Under the pieces are notes generated by a model. The model was not told the origin of the DNA. It searched no databases and was given only the letters and a program-made list of their open reading frames with translations. Source: a bacterium (lineage in GTDB: Bacteria > Patescibacteriota > Patescibacteriia > UBA10025). Taken from it: a DNA stretch of 64,000 bases. Location: the NCBI GenBank assembly GCA_021815445.1, contig JAKAGM010000001.1, positions 403,710 to 467,709 on the forward strand, written 5' to 3'. Below, in pieces: positions 19,486 through 29,080 of the stretch (its first letter is position 1; each line of letters begins with the position of its first letter). The translations under genes and the position numbers were made by a program.

Positions 19486-20067
19486 TTACTTCTCATCCCC
19501 CTCCATATACTTCTTAATCACCTTATCCCTCAAATAATCCGCCTTCGTGGTCCTATACTGCTTAGCTTTCAATTTAAGGAAGCGCTCGATCTGAGGAGTA
19601 ATGCGCAAGGTAAACTTGATTGTCGGGAGATCTTTGCTTTCTCCTGTCTCAATGCGGTGCAGGAAATCACTGAGAATCGCGGGCAAATCAGGCTCTTCAT
19701 AGACTTGGATTTTGACCGAGTCGGGAATCTTGCTGTTGGTAAAATAGCCCATGACACTCTTCGCCCCGGAATGCTTTTCATAGAGATAAAGGATTGGCTT
19801 TTTCTGGGCGATGGCGTAGGCGAGGAGGTAACCGACCTCGGAATCCTGGACGGACGCCTCGATGATGATACCGTCCATCTTGTCGAGAACGTTTTCTCCG
19901 GCATCGCTCATGCGCTCTATCTCGCTTTTCGTGAGGTCTTCTTTGCCTTCATGGTCGTGGTTGGTGATGACCATAACGCCCGAATCTTTGAGCACGTCAA
20001 CGATTTTAGCGTACAGCCGCTTGAGGTAATCCCTGTGGTTATAGGTTGTGTGGACAAAGATTCTCAT
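19486..20067 (-). CDS. nucleoside 2-deoxyribosyltransferase-like domain fused to a C-terminal ribbon-helix-helix
   Basis: DGIIIEAS..DSEVGYLLAYAIAQKKPILYL; C-terminus KFTLRITPQIERFL..KA......ADYLR; ATG overlaps the upstream stop (ATGA). Confidence 0.7.
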   Translation of the reverse strand: MRIFVHTTYNHRDYLKRLYAKIVDVLKDSGVMVITNHDHEGKEDLTKSEIERMSDAGENVLDKMDGIIIEASVQDSEVGYLLAYAIAQKKPILYLYEKHSGAKSVMGYFTNSKIPDSVKIQVYEEPDLPAILSDFLHRIETGESKDLPTIKFTLRITPQIERFLKLKAKQYRTTKADYLRDKVIKKYMEGDEK

Positions 20068-21080
20068 ACGTTTGCTTTGATGCGTTCTCCGGCAACATCC
20101 CGATAGAGAAGCTTGCGGAACTCCTCTCGTTCGCGAGTCTTTCCGAGTACCCACATGCATTTCGTCAGAGCGGCTTCGTAGGTCATGTCGTTGATAAGAA
20201 TATATTCTTCATTCGCGCGAGTACTCTTGAGAGCGAACAGATTGTGGCAGACCACTGGTATTCCTTTTTCCTGAGCAAGCCTGAGATACGGGATAAATGA
20301 CTGCGGGTAGGGCAACGTACTATATGAACGCAACATGAGCGCGCGACAGCCGGAAGCGATCATCCGCGCTATCTGCTCGGCATGGGACGCCGGCTGGATT
20401 CGCATCGTGCATACATGGTCGTCAAGTGCGGCGTCAACTTTCAGTTTCCCTTTCCCACGCTCTCGGACATGTCCGAAAAGCTTGATGCCAAAGTCGACTT
20501 TGCCAAGAAGACCTTCTCCAATCGGCTCAAAAAAGTTCTGGCCCGGCCCGATGCTCTTGATTGTCTGGTTAGCACGCATCACTCTGTTGCCGTGCATGAT
20601 GACGACTTCGCCGAGGTTCATGGTCGCGACTTGCAAAGCGTTGATAAGATTCGCGCGCACGCCAAGGTTGCGATAATCGCTTACGAGCCCCTCTGAGTCA
20701 GCGGGGCTTTGCATTTCTTTCGCCAGCGGAGAGGTCGTGAGTACGACAGGCTTACCGAGATTGTGCAGCATGAAAGAAAGCATGGCGCCGGTGTAGACAA
20801 TCGTATCTATGCCGTGGGTTACGACGACGCCGTCAACACTCGGATAGAGTTCGCCGATTTTCTTTGCCAACGCGCTCCAAAGCGCCGGAGTAACCTCGGA
20901 AGCAGGGCCGCCAAACACAAAGACGGGCTCGATATCGGCAAGTATGCCAAGCTCGGGCAATTCTTTGAGCCATGCGGTAATTTCCTCTTTTTTTGTTACC
21001 TCAAAAATGCGTCCATCCCCCGTTTGGATTCCTGACCCCCCAAAGAATAGTAATGCGATTTTTGAACGGCTCTTGGCCAT
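20064..21080 (-). CDS. asparaginase-like protein with degenerate active-site motifs
   Basis: DGVVVTHGIDT, LGKPVVLT, NLINALQVA, EVVIM, NDMTYEAALTK. Confidence 0.85.
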   Translation of the reverse strand: MAKSRSKIALLFFGGSGIQTGDGRIFEVTKKEEITAWLKELPELGILADIEPVFVFGGPASEVTPALWSALAKKIGELYPSVDGVVVTHGIDTIVYTGAMLSFMLHNLGKPVVLTTSPLAKEMQSPADSEGLVSDYRNLGVRANLINALQVATMNLGEVVIMHGNRVMRANQTIKSIGPGQNFFEPIGEGLLGKVDFGIKLFGHVRERGKGKLKVDAALDDHVCTMRIQPASHAEQIARMIASGCRALMLRSYSTLPYPQSFIPYLRLAQEKGIPVVCHNLFALKSTRANEEYILINDMTYEAALTKCMWVLGKTREREEFRKLLYRDVAGERIKANV

Positions 21081-21264
21081 ATGTTCAAAATATGGGGCTT
21101 TTTAAAGGAAACTGGAGTAAGTAACAGGTTTTCCACAGCCGTCGCTGACTACCGTGACGGCGCATAAATCTTAGTAGACGGCGCGGTAGATGTCAAGCAC
21201 GAATGAAAAAGGGATGATGCCCCTTTCCGTTCTATTGCTTGCTGACGCACCTTTGGCAGATGAA

Positions 21265-21293
21265 TTGACATTCTATTTCCGGTGCGGTATAGT
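21265..21293 (+). promoter_or_regulatory. sigma70-type promoter
   Basis: TTGACA-17 bp-TATAGT, 17 nt upstream of ATG 21311. Confidence 0.7.
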
Positions 21294-21310
21294 ATCCAAG
21301 CCATAATTTT

Positions 21311-21562
21311 ATGCTAACCTCTGAAGAAACAAAACAACTCGTACAGGTATTTTCAGAAGTCTTTGCAACCAAAGAAGATATTAGTGTACTTGAGGAAAAA
21401 ATGGAAGAAAACGCCTCCTCTATACTTACAGCCGTAGATGCTTATTCAAAGAAAGCAGATAAATTCTTCCAAGAGCTTCTTGTGTTGGCACATCGGGTCG
21501 ATCGTCATGAAAAGTGGATCCATCAGATAGCTGAAAAGCTCGGAGTAAAGCTCGAGTACTAA
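21311..21562 (+). CDS. small coiled-coil protein
   Basis: FATKED...HRVDRHEKWI.QIAEKLGVKL; has a consensus promoter. Confidence 0.8.
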   Translation: MLTSEETKQLVQVFSEVFATKEDISVLEEKMEENASSILTAVDAYSKKADKFFQELLVLAHRVDRHEKWIHQIAEKLGVKLEY

Positions 21563-21647
21563 TCAATTCGGTAATAACCCATCACTCCAAAAAATAATTT
21601 CGGTGAGTTCTTGCAATTTTTCTAATGGGGTCAAACAAAAAAGTCTC

Positions 21648-21768
21648 TCACCATCTTGAGCGAGCCCCGCGGCCGCGGGGCGAACGAAGGATCCCGCGGA
21701 TATACGGAATACCGAATGCTGCTACCGGATTCTTCGTCGTGCCACTATAGCGGGACTCCTCAGAATGG
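21648..21768. repeat. palindromic intergenic element (catc.tgagcga...cgaaggatc...gattcttcg...ctcagaatg type)
   Basis: Imperfect inverted ends with internal GC hairpins; related sequence at 34889-35016. Confidence 0.55.
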
Positions 21769-21948
21769 GTTAAGTTTTTATTCCTTTCCCTCCTCAATGA
21801 TTCCCCAAATACAACGGGGGAGAAAACTGCTTCTCCCCGCGTAAGACAAAGATACTGATAGTGTATTGTGTTTTGGGAAAACCTAAGGAGATAGAACTGA
21901 AATCCTCCGTCCACTACGCTTTACTGCACGCTTTACTTCGAGTGCGCA

Positions 21949-22530
21949 TTAGGGTCTTGTGAACCACACTGCGTTACCAATCCAGGATTGATTCGCGCAA
22001 AACCCGTTATATACCGACATGAAGCCGCCAAGATAAGCAGCTAGTGCGCCGGTGATTGCGCCGATGCCAGGGAGATAATACGCGCCTCCGCTGCCTACTA
22101 CGCCTAGCATGGTGACAATCCTCCACCCATCCGCGCCCCAGTAGCAGCACTTACGGCCCCACCAGAACCACCAGCAGGCGGATCCGGCTGCCATTGACTG
22201 GCCAGACCGTATTTCCTTGTTGGCAACCTGGATACCCTGGTTCAGCTCGCTGGCGATTTTCATCTCGTCGCTGGTGAGCTGGTTGGCGTTCAGGAATCCC
22301 TGGAAGTCGATGGAGTACAATCCGTCTTTGCTCCGGGAGACATATGGATCCATCTTGGCAATTGTGGTCTCGTAGAGCCGGCCTTTCGTTTCCAGCGTAT
22401 CGAGACCGATGTTGGTCTGTTGGGAAATTTCCGGTTTTGGTGCGTTGATCCGCGTCTTGCTCATGCAACCAATAACGGCGGCTGCGATGATGATAGACAC
22501 GACGAGTGTTCCAATTAGCCTTTTTTGCAC
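21949..22530 (-). CDS. lipoprotein with a Trp/Cys/Gly-rich bacteriocin-like C-terminal segment
   Basis: GTG start after SD GAAAGGA; signal peptide ending VIGC; C-terminus ACWWFWWGRKCCYWG...GIGAITGALAAYLGG... Confidence 0.7.
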   Translation of the reverse strand: MQKRLIGTLVVSIIIAAAVIGCMSKTRINAPKPEISQQTNIGLDTLETKGRLYETTIAKMDPYVSRSKDGLYSIDFQGFLNANQLTSDEMKIASELNQGIQVANKEIRSGQSMAAGSACWWFWWGRKCCYWGADGWRIVTMLGVVGSGGAYYLPGIGAITGALAAYLGGFMSVYNGFCANQSWIGNAVWFTRP

Positions 22531-22764
22531 TGTGAAATCCTTTCTACTTGTGCGTTTCTGTTCAGGGTTGTGCTGTTGGTTGATCCCTGAGCAGTACTTC
22601 AACCGGTTGACAATGCGCTCATGCGCTACTTACATAGGATTTTCGCCATAGGCATAATCTCCTTTCAGGTTTGAAATGAGCGGTTTTTTACTATTTGCTG
22701 CCCTCCAATTTCAACCTATTCGCTTTTTTAACTAATGTCAATAGTGCCCGAGACGTTTATAAAG

Positions 22765-22885
22765 ACCGCCACCCTGAGCTTGACTCCCCGGCCTCGCTCC
22801 GCGAAGCGGGGCGGGCAGGGTCCCGAAGTATTACAACGGGACTTCGGGTCCCTCCTGAGGCGGGCAGGCAAGCCCGGAGTGGTGT
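22765..22885. repeat. palindromic element with nested short GC-rich hairpin insertions
   Basis: caccctgagcttgactc[...]agggtc and gggtc[...]aagcccggagtg arms interrupted by ccggcctcgctccgcgaagcggggcggg and cctgaggcgggcagg. Confidence 0.55.
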
Positions 22886-22922
22886 GATAATAAGGTTAAG
22901 CCTTTGGTACGCCCGGAGGACT

Positions 22923-24038
22923 CTATTTCTTTACAAACTTTATCACCACAATCTCAGGATGGTTGCCCGTGCGCATGGGAGGACCCCAGGTGCCGACGCC
23001 GTCAGAAGTGTAGAGTGAAAAGTTGCCGTCAGTATGCAGGCCGTAATCATCGCCCTGATATACTTTGTGGGTAATATAATTGAACGGCCACATCTGGCCG
23101 AGGTGCGTGTGGCCCGAGAGCATGAGATTTGCACCGGCGTCTTTGAATAATTTCACTAAAGCGACTTTCGGCTCGTGGTAGAGCACGATGCTCGGTTTGG
23201 TCCTGTCTATCAGACCGGCTAATGTAGCAAAATCTTTCTTCTCCCCTACCTGAGGATAATTCACGCCCAAAATCTGCATACCATTAACATCAACCACTTT
23301 ATCACTCAATAGTTTTGCTTTAGTTTCCCTGACCGCAGCTAGAGACTTGTTCAAACTGACATAGGTCTCGTGGTTTCCGGTGATGTAATAGACTCCCAAC
23401 TGCGCCTGAAGGTCGTTAATCGGCGACGCGAGATGGTTCAGTTTCTGACCGGCTCCGTCAAAGAGGTCGCCGGTGATGAACACGATGTCCGGCTTGGCCT
23501 TGTTGGTCAACTTTATTACCTTGTCCATGAACCCGTAACGATGAATGGGCCCGAGATGGATATCGGAAAGCTGGACTGCGGTCACCCCCTGCCAGGAGGA
23601 GGGAAGGTCTTTTATCGCAACCGTTATATTTTTAATTCGTGGATTCTGCGCATTCCATAATCCGTACACGGAATACGCCAGGGCGATACACAAAAAGACT
23701 ACCGCGGTGCCGGCAACCGGAAAATGTCCCTTGAGCACTTTGTCGATCAATAAAATTATCCACACACCTACGGTAGCTAAAGCGAAGTACCACGCTATTC
23801 CCAGCCAGGCTGATGAGAGCAAATAGAGTTTTTCTGTGAGGAAGCTTTCCTTCCAATGCACGAGCACCGTGGAGATGATAAAGCTCACCGAGAGGATCGC
23901 CATGACGATGCCCAACACCTTCCTGGCCTGGCTGCCGTCAATACTAAAAAAATGAACCCAGGAATAATACAGGCCTGCGTGCCCGCAGAAAATAATTAGC
24001 GCTGCGATGAGGATAAAGAGTACCACAAGCATCTTCAT
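22923..24038 (-). CDS. membrane-bound metallophosphoesterase (YkuE/YaeI-like)
   Basis: SDIH, TGDLFD, GNHE, YHEP, SGHTH.GQ. Confidence 0.93.
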   Translation of the reverse strand: MKMLVVLFILIAALIIFCGHAGLYYSWVHFFSIDGSQARKVLGIVMAILSVSFIISTVLVHWKESFLTEKLYLLSSAWLGIAWYFALATVGVWIILLIDKVLKGHFPVAGTAVVFLCIALAYSVYGLWNAQNPRIKNITVAIKDLPSSWQGVTAVQLSDIHLGPIHRYGFMDKVIKLTNKAKPDIVFITGDLFDGAGQKLNHLASPINDLQAQLGVYYITGNHETYVSLNKSLAAVRETKAKLLSDKVVDVNGMQILGVNYPQVGEKKDFATLAGLIDRTKPSIVLYHEPKVALVKLFKDAGANLMLSGHTHLGQMWPFNYITHKVYQGDDYGLHTDGNFSLYTSDGVGTWGPPMRTGNHPEIVVIKFVKK

Positions 24039-24054
24039 AAAATAATATTCTTTT

Positions 24055-26151
24055 CTACATCCTCATCGCCGGGGCCATCGGCCGCATCGGCTTGGGCGAC
24101 TGAGGAAGTTCTTCAATCATCGGCGCCACGAACTGGCTGTTATAGAGCGAGGCGTAAAAGGCGTTCTTGGCGAGGAGCTCCTCATGCTTGCCCTGCTCGA
24201 CGATATTACCGTCGCGCATCACAAGGATAAGATCGGCATGCCGTATAGTGGAGAGCCTGTGCGCGATAACAAAGCTTGTTTTGCCCTTCATCAGCCGCTC
24301 CATTGCTTGTTGAATCAGCACTTCCGTGCGGGTATCGACTGAGCTTGTCGCCTCGTCGAGGATAAGCATCGGAGTCTTAATAAGCATGGCGCGCGCAATA
24401 GTTAATAGCTGTTTCTCGCCTTGAGAGATATTGTTTGCCTCCTCGTCGAGCACCATGTCGTACCCGTGTGGCAGTGAATGGACAAAGTGGTCCACATGCG
24501 CCGCCTGTGCCGCTTCGGTAATTTCAGCATCAGTGGCGCCGGGTTTGCCGTAGGCCAGGTTTTCGCGGATGGTGCCATTGAATAACCATGTGTCCTGGAG
24601 CACCATGCCGAACAGTCTTCGAACATCCGCGCGTGTCATAGAATGAATATCCACACCGTCGACCCGGATTGAACCGCTGTTGATGTCATAGAACCGCATC
24701 AGTAAATTGACCATCGTGGTTTTGCCCGCGCCCGTCGGCCCGACGATTGCGATGCGCTGGCCGGGCTTTATGGAGGCGGTGAAATCGTTGATGATGATTT
24801 TCTCGGGCGTGTATCCGAAATGCACATGGTCGAATTCGACTGCGCCGTGGACTTGCTTCAGCTTTTTGGAATCAGCGGCGTCCGGTATCTCCTCGCTCTC
24901 GGCAAGGAACTCAAACACGCGTTCAGCTGCCGCCGCAGTTGATTGCATGACATTGGCGATGTTGGCCGTCTGGATGATCGGCTGGTTAAACTGGTTCACA
25001 TACTGCATGAACGCCTGGATATCGCCGATGTTGAGGCGGCCATGAATAGCGAGGATGCCGCCGAGGACGGCAACGCCGACATATCCGAGGTTGCCGACAA
25101 AGTTAATAATCGGGAAAAGGAGGCCCGAGAGGAACTGCGATTTCCACGCGCTCCCGTACAGCTCGGTGTTATGTTTGGTGAAAATTTCAATCGAGCGGGC
25201 TTGGCCGTTAAACACTTTCATCACGCTGTGGCCGCCGTACATCTCCTCGATGTGCCCGTTGAGATGGCCGAGCGTGTCCTGCTGGAGTTTGAAATACCTT
25301 TGGGAACGCTTGACGACGAACCCTATCAGGCCGAAGCTCAGGGGCAGGGTCACGAGCGCGACGAGCGTCAAATGCCAGCTGATGGAAATCATCATGGCAA
25401 GGATGCCGATAATCATGGTGACAGACGTGATGATCTGCGTGAGAGACTGGTTCAACGTCTGGCTCACCGTGTCAACGTCGTTCGTGATGCGGCTCAAGAC
25501 TTCGCCGTGCGTCGTCCTGTCGAAATAGCGGAGCGGCATCCGGCCGATCTTCGTGGAGATATCCTGCCGGAACTTGTACGTAATCTTTTGGCTGACATTG
25601 GTCATGATCCAGCTCTGGATGTAGCTGAAGATCGCGCTCAGGCCAAAGAGCACCATCAGCTCTATGGCGATAGTGATAAGTTTCTGGTAATCGAAGGACG
25701 GCCGAGTCGACAGGTCAAGGTTGGCAATGTCATTGCGCACGACAGCCGGGATTTTATCAGCTATGGCCGACGGCAGATTCTTTATCAGGGCGGCGCCCTT
25801 CGTGCCGGCGGGAAGTTTCGTGCCGGGAGGCAGCTTGGCCGTGAGCTGGTCATACGCCGTCCGGTGGATGAAATCATTGACCACCTGGTTCGTCATTTTG
25901 CCCAAGATTTTCGGACTGGCGATGGCGAATATAGTGCTCGCAATAGTGAAGAAAGCGACAACAGCGAGCGACCGCCAAAACGGCTTGATGTAACCTCCGA
26001 GTTGCCGCATCGTTTTTTTAAAGTTTTTCGGCTTCTGGGCAATACCCATCATGCCCATCGGATTGCCGCGGCCCATCGGCCCGACGCGCGGAGGATCTGC
26101 CGGAGAATTCCCGGTTTGTCCTGTTGGAATTGCGGGTCTGCGGGCCGTCAT
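24055..26151 (-). CDS. ABC exporter permease/ATPase, heterodimer subunit with consensus catalytic site
   Basis: GPTGAGKT, ISQGEKQ, ILDEATS, IAHRLST. Confidence 0.95.
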   Translation of the reverse strand: MTARRPAIPTGQTGNSPADPPRVGPMGRGNPMGMMGIAQKPKNFKKTMRQLGGYIKPFWRSLAVVAFFTIASTIFAIASPKILGKMTNQVVNDFIHRTAYDQLTAKLPPGTKLPAGTKGAALIKNLPSAIADKIPAVVRNDIANLDLSTRPSFDYQKLITIAIELMVLFGLSAIFSYIQSWIMTNVSQKITYKFRQDISTKIGRMPLRYFDRTTHGEVLSRITNDVDTVSQTLNQSLTQIITSVTMIIGILAMMISISWHLTLVALVTLPLSFGLIGFVVKRSQRYFKLQQDTLGHLNGHIEEMYGGHSVMKVFNGQARSIEIFTKHNTELYGSAWKSQFLSGLLFPIINFVGNLGYVGVAVLGGILAIHGRLNIGDIQAFMQYVNQFNQPIIQTANIANVMQSTAAAAERVFEFLAESEEIPDAADSKKLKQVHGAVEFDHVHFGYTPEKIIINDFTASIKPGQRIAIVGPTGAGKTTMVNLLMRFYDINSGSIRVDGVDIHSMTRADVRRLFGMVLQDTWLFNGTIRENLAYGKPGATDAEITEAAQAAHVDHFVHSLPHGYDMVLDEEANNISQGEKQLLTIARAMLIKTPMLILDEATSSVDTRTEVLIQQAMERLMKGKTSFVIAHRLSTIRHADLILVMRDGNIVEQGKHEELLAKNAFYASLYNSQFVAPMIEELPQSPKPMRPMAPAMRM

Positions 26152-27926
26152 AGTGAAACCTCCCCTGTTACTTGTTTTGGAACACGTCCCGGATGGCTCC
26201 GTAATTCTTCCTCTGAAAGCTGTGACGAGGCGATTTCGCGGTACACGGTGCAGGTCTTCATTAGCTCATTGTGCGTCCCCTGCCCCACGACCCGGCCCTC
26301 ATCGAGTACGACAATTTTGTCAGCGTTCATGATAGTGCTGATCCTTTGCGCGACAATCAAGACCGTCTTGTCCTTTGTCGCGTGTGAAAGCGCCTGGCGC
26401 AGTTTCGCGTCAGTGGTAAAGTCCAGCGCTGAAAAACTGTCGTCAAATATGTAAATCAGCGGCTTGCGGATGATGGCGCGGGCGATGGACAGCCTCTGCT
26501 TTTGTCCGCCTGAGACGTTCGTGCCGCCCTGGGAAATTTCTCCCTGGTACCCGCCTTTGAGTTTCTCCACGAAATCTTTCGCCTGGGCAAGCTCGGCGGC
26601 ATTACGAACCTCATTTTCTGAAGCGTTCGGCACGCCGTATTTCAAATTACTTTCTACGGTGCCGGAGAACAATATCCCCCGTTGCGGGACATAGCCGATT
26701 TTCGAGTACACGTCCTCCATCCTCATTGAACGGATATCCACACCGTCAATCTTTACCGCGCCTTTGGTCACGTCGTAGAACCGCGGTATCAGGTTGATGA
26801 GCGTAGACTTGCCGCTCCCCGTGCTCCCGACAAACGCCGTCGTCTGTCCGGGCAATGCAGTAAAAGAAATATCATGCAGGACCGGCACGTCGGCGCCTTC
26901 ATAGGTGTACGTCACATGGTCAAACTCCACTTTCCCGCCGTGAACTGTATTGGCATCAACAGGATGTTCGGGATCCTTCACCGTCGCCTCTGTCGCGATC
27001 ACCTTGCCGATGCGGTCAGCCGACACCGACGCTCTCGGCACGAGAATGAATACTATCGTAATCAAAAGGAACGCAAATATGGCCTGCATCGCATACTGCA
27101 TGAACGCAATCATCTGGCCGATCTGCAAATTCCCCATATCAACAAGATGCGCGCCGTACCACACGACGGCGAGCGTGGTAAAGTTCATAATTAGCAGCAT
27201 AATCGGCTGCATAATCACCAACAGCCGGTTCACAAACAGATTGACTTTCGTGAGCTCGACGTTTGCGCTGTCAAACTTTTGCTCTTCCACCGGCTCGCGA
27301 TTGAATGCGCGTATCACGCGGAGACCGGTAAGTATTTCGCGGCTGACTAGGTTGAGCCGGTCGACGAGCTTCTGGAGCTTTTTAAACTTCGGGATGGCAA
27401 TGGCGAACAAGACAGCGATAATGGCAATAAGTATGCCGACGGCGAGGCCCATTATCCACGTCATCGACGGGGCATTCTGGTACGCTTTGATAATGGCCCA
27501 CACGCCCATAAACGGCGCCATCAACGCCATACGCAACAGCATCGTCAATACCATCTGTATTTGCTGGACGTCATTCGTGGAGCGGGTGATGAGCGACGCG
27601 GTAGAGAACTTGTTGAACTCATTGAGCGAAAAACTCTCCACCTTGGCAAATGTTGCCGCGCGAATGTCGCGCGAAAAGCCGGCCGCTATCCGTGACGCGA
27701 ACCAGCCGACGACGACGCTCGCCCCCGCAGCGCCAAGCGCGACAAAAAGCATCTTCCACCCTGTGCTCCACACTACCGACAGGTCCTGCGCGACAATGCC
27801 TTTGTTAATGATAGTAGCCATGTAGTCGGGCAATGCCAACGTGGCCGCGACCATGGCGTATACCATGACGAGCAAAAAGAAAAACTGCCAGAGATACGGT
27901 TTAAAATATGGGAGAATCTTTTTCAC
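26148..27926 (-). CDS. ABC exporter permease/ATPase, heterodimer subunit with degenerate site
   Basis: GSTGSGKS, VSGGQKQ, IFDDSFSALD, VAQR (TM287/288-type pair). Confidence 0.95.
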   Translation of the reverse strand: MKKILPYFKPYLWQFFFLLVMVYAMVAATLALPDYMATIINKGIVAQDLSVVWSTGWKMLFVALGAAGASVVVGWFASRIAAGFSRDIRAATFAKVESFSLNEFNKFSTASLITRSTNDVQQIQMVLTMLLRMALMAPFMGVWAIIKAYQNAPSMTWIMGLAVGILIAIIAVLFAIAIPKFKKLQKLVDRLNLVSREILTGLRVIRAFNREPVEEQKFDSANVELTKVNLFVNRLLVIMQPIMLLIMNFTTLAVVWYGAHLVDMGNLQIGQMIAFMQYAMQAIFAFLLITIVFILVPRASVSADRIGKVIATEATVKDPEHPVDANTVHGGKVEFDHVTYTYEGADVPVLHDISFTALPGQTTAFVGSTGSGKSTLINLIPRFYDVTKGAVKIDGVDIRSMRMEDVYSKIGYVPQRGILFSGTVESNLKYGVPNASENEVRNAAELAQAKDFVEKLKGGYQGEISQGGTNVSGGQKQRLSIARAIIRKPLIYIFDDSFSALDFTTDAKLRQALSHATKDKTVLIVAQRISTIMNADKIVVLDEGRVVGQGTHNELMKTCTVYREIASSQLSEEELRSHPGRVPKQVTGEVSL

Positions 27927-27943
27927 GCTCTATATATAGTATG

Positions 27944-28561
27944 TTAGAAGCCGAGGTCTTCATTGACCAGGATCATCCTGACCTTCCGGCCCATCCTTGT
28001 GTTTTCGCGTTTGAAAATGAGAATCTTGGAAACCATCGTGTGGACTTTTGATGCCGCCATCATCCTCGCATCTTCGAGCGGCACGACGTGCTTTTCGAGC
28101 CGGTCAAAAGTGTCCGCGAGCGTCGGCACGATTTTTTTCGTGCTGACGACGAAAATCAGGTTCGGCGAGGTAAAGTCTATATGCGACAGTTGGCTTCCTG
28201 TATTTGAGGCGATGATAAACTCCCCTGTCTGGGAGAGCGCGTGGACACTGCCGAGATAAAAGTCGGACAGCTTTGCTTGCCTGGTGAGCGCCTTCTTTTT
28301 TACAGGGTCTGTTTCGGCGAGTATCGGCCCTTTCAGGTTGTCCCAGCCGTGCTTGCCCGCTTTGAGGTAATCAATAAAGCCGATCTGCTCGAGAGTGCGC
28401 GAAGCGCCGTTCATCACCGAAGCTCCGGCGGGGATAAACTCTTTTATCTTGTTCAGCGCCTCAGCGCCATGCTCGACCACAATAGCTTCAACGCCGTTGG
28501 CTTTCAGCGCCTCGACGGTCTTCGCAACGGTTTCCGGTGTAGCAAGTTTGTTGTAGTCCAT
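27944..28561 (-). CDS. LUD-domain (lactate utilization C/YkgG-like) protein
   Basis: GAS.TL..IG, DFYLGSVHAL...G.......G, KKIVP, ILVNEDLGF. Confidence 0.85.
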   Translation of the reverse strand: MDYNKLATPETVAKTVEALKANGVEAIVVEHGAEALNKIKEFIPAGASVMNGASRTLEQIGFIDYLKAGKHGWDNLKGPILAETDPVKKKALTRQAKLSDFYLGSVHALSQTGEFIIASNTGSQLSHIDFTSPNLIFVVSTKKIVPTLADTFDRLEKHVVPLEDARMMAASKVHTMVSKILIFKRENTRMGRKVRMILVNEDLGF

Positions 28562-28578
28562 GTGCCAGTATTGCTACG

Positions 28579-28821
28579 TTACTTTTTTACCGACTTTGCA
28601 ACTTTTCTGATGGCGGCCAGCCGCTGCATCATGTGCTGTTCAAACTTGGCGAGGTGCTCGAGCTTTGCGAATGCCAGCATGCCGAAGCCCATGGAGAAAA
28701 CAAGGAGCTTTTCCTTTTTCTTGAGCTTCATCGCAATCCTCGCCTCAGCGGGTATCACGACCTGCCCTTTCTCGCCGAGCGTCGTAGTCCCATAAAATGC
28801 GGGGTTTGTGTGTGGGTTCAT
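28579..28821 (-). CDS. AbrB/MazE/SpoVT-family DNA-binding regulator
   Basis: FYGTTTLGEKGQVVIPAEAR; first gene of the LUD-ABC-phosphoesterase operon. Confidence 0.88.
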   Translation of the reverse strand: MNPHTNPAFYGTTTLGEKGQVVIPAEARIAMKLKKKEKLLVFSMGFGMLAFAKLEHLAKFEQHMMQRLAAIRKVAKSVKK

Positions 28822-28858
28822 AGGTGTTTCCTACTTGTAAGAAATGTATAATATTGGG

Positions 28859-28886
28859 AGTATAGCAAAAGACGGGGAGATGTCAA
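28859..28886 (-). promoter_or_regulatory. sigma70-type promoter of the AbrB-ABC operon
   Basis: TTGACA-16 bp-TATACT on the minus strand. Confidence 0.55.
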
Positions 28887-29080
28887 GATAGGCAGCTCGG
28901 GCAGACCGGACTGTGTTGATATTTGAGGCTATCCAATAGGAAAAAGGCTTCTTTAAAGAGCTTGCGACTAAGACTAGAAAAGAGTTCTTATCCCTATTTA
29001 CACTCCGTAGGCGGTAATAAAAAAAATTACTTGATTTGGACCCTTATCAAGTACAAATGGACTAACACCGGTGAAGACTG

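Noticed and set aside
24943-26454. 503-aa plus-strand ORF (also 41930-43414, 26950-27825, 37699-38547 and similar)
   Set aside because: Antisense shadows of well-supported minus-strand genes; no recognisable motifs.
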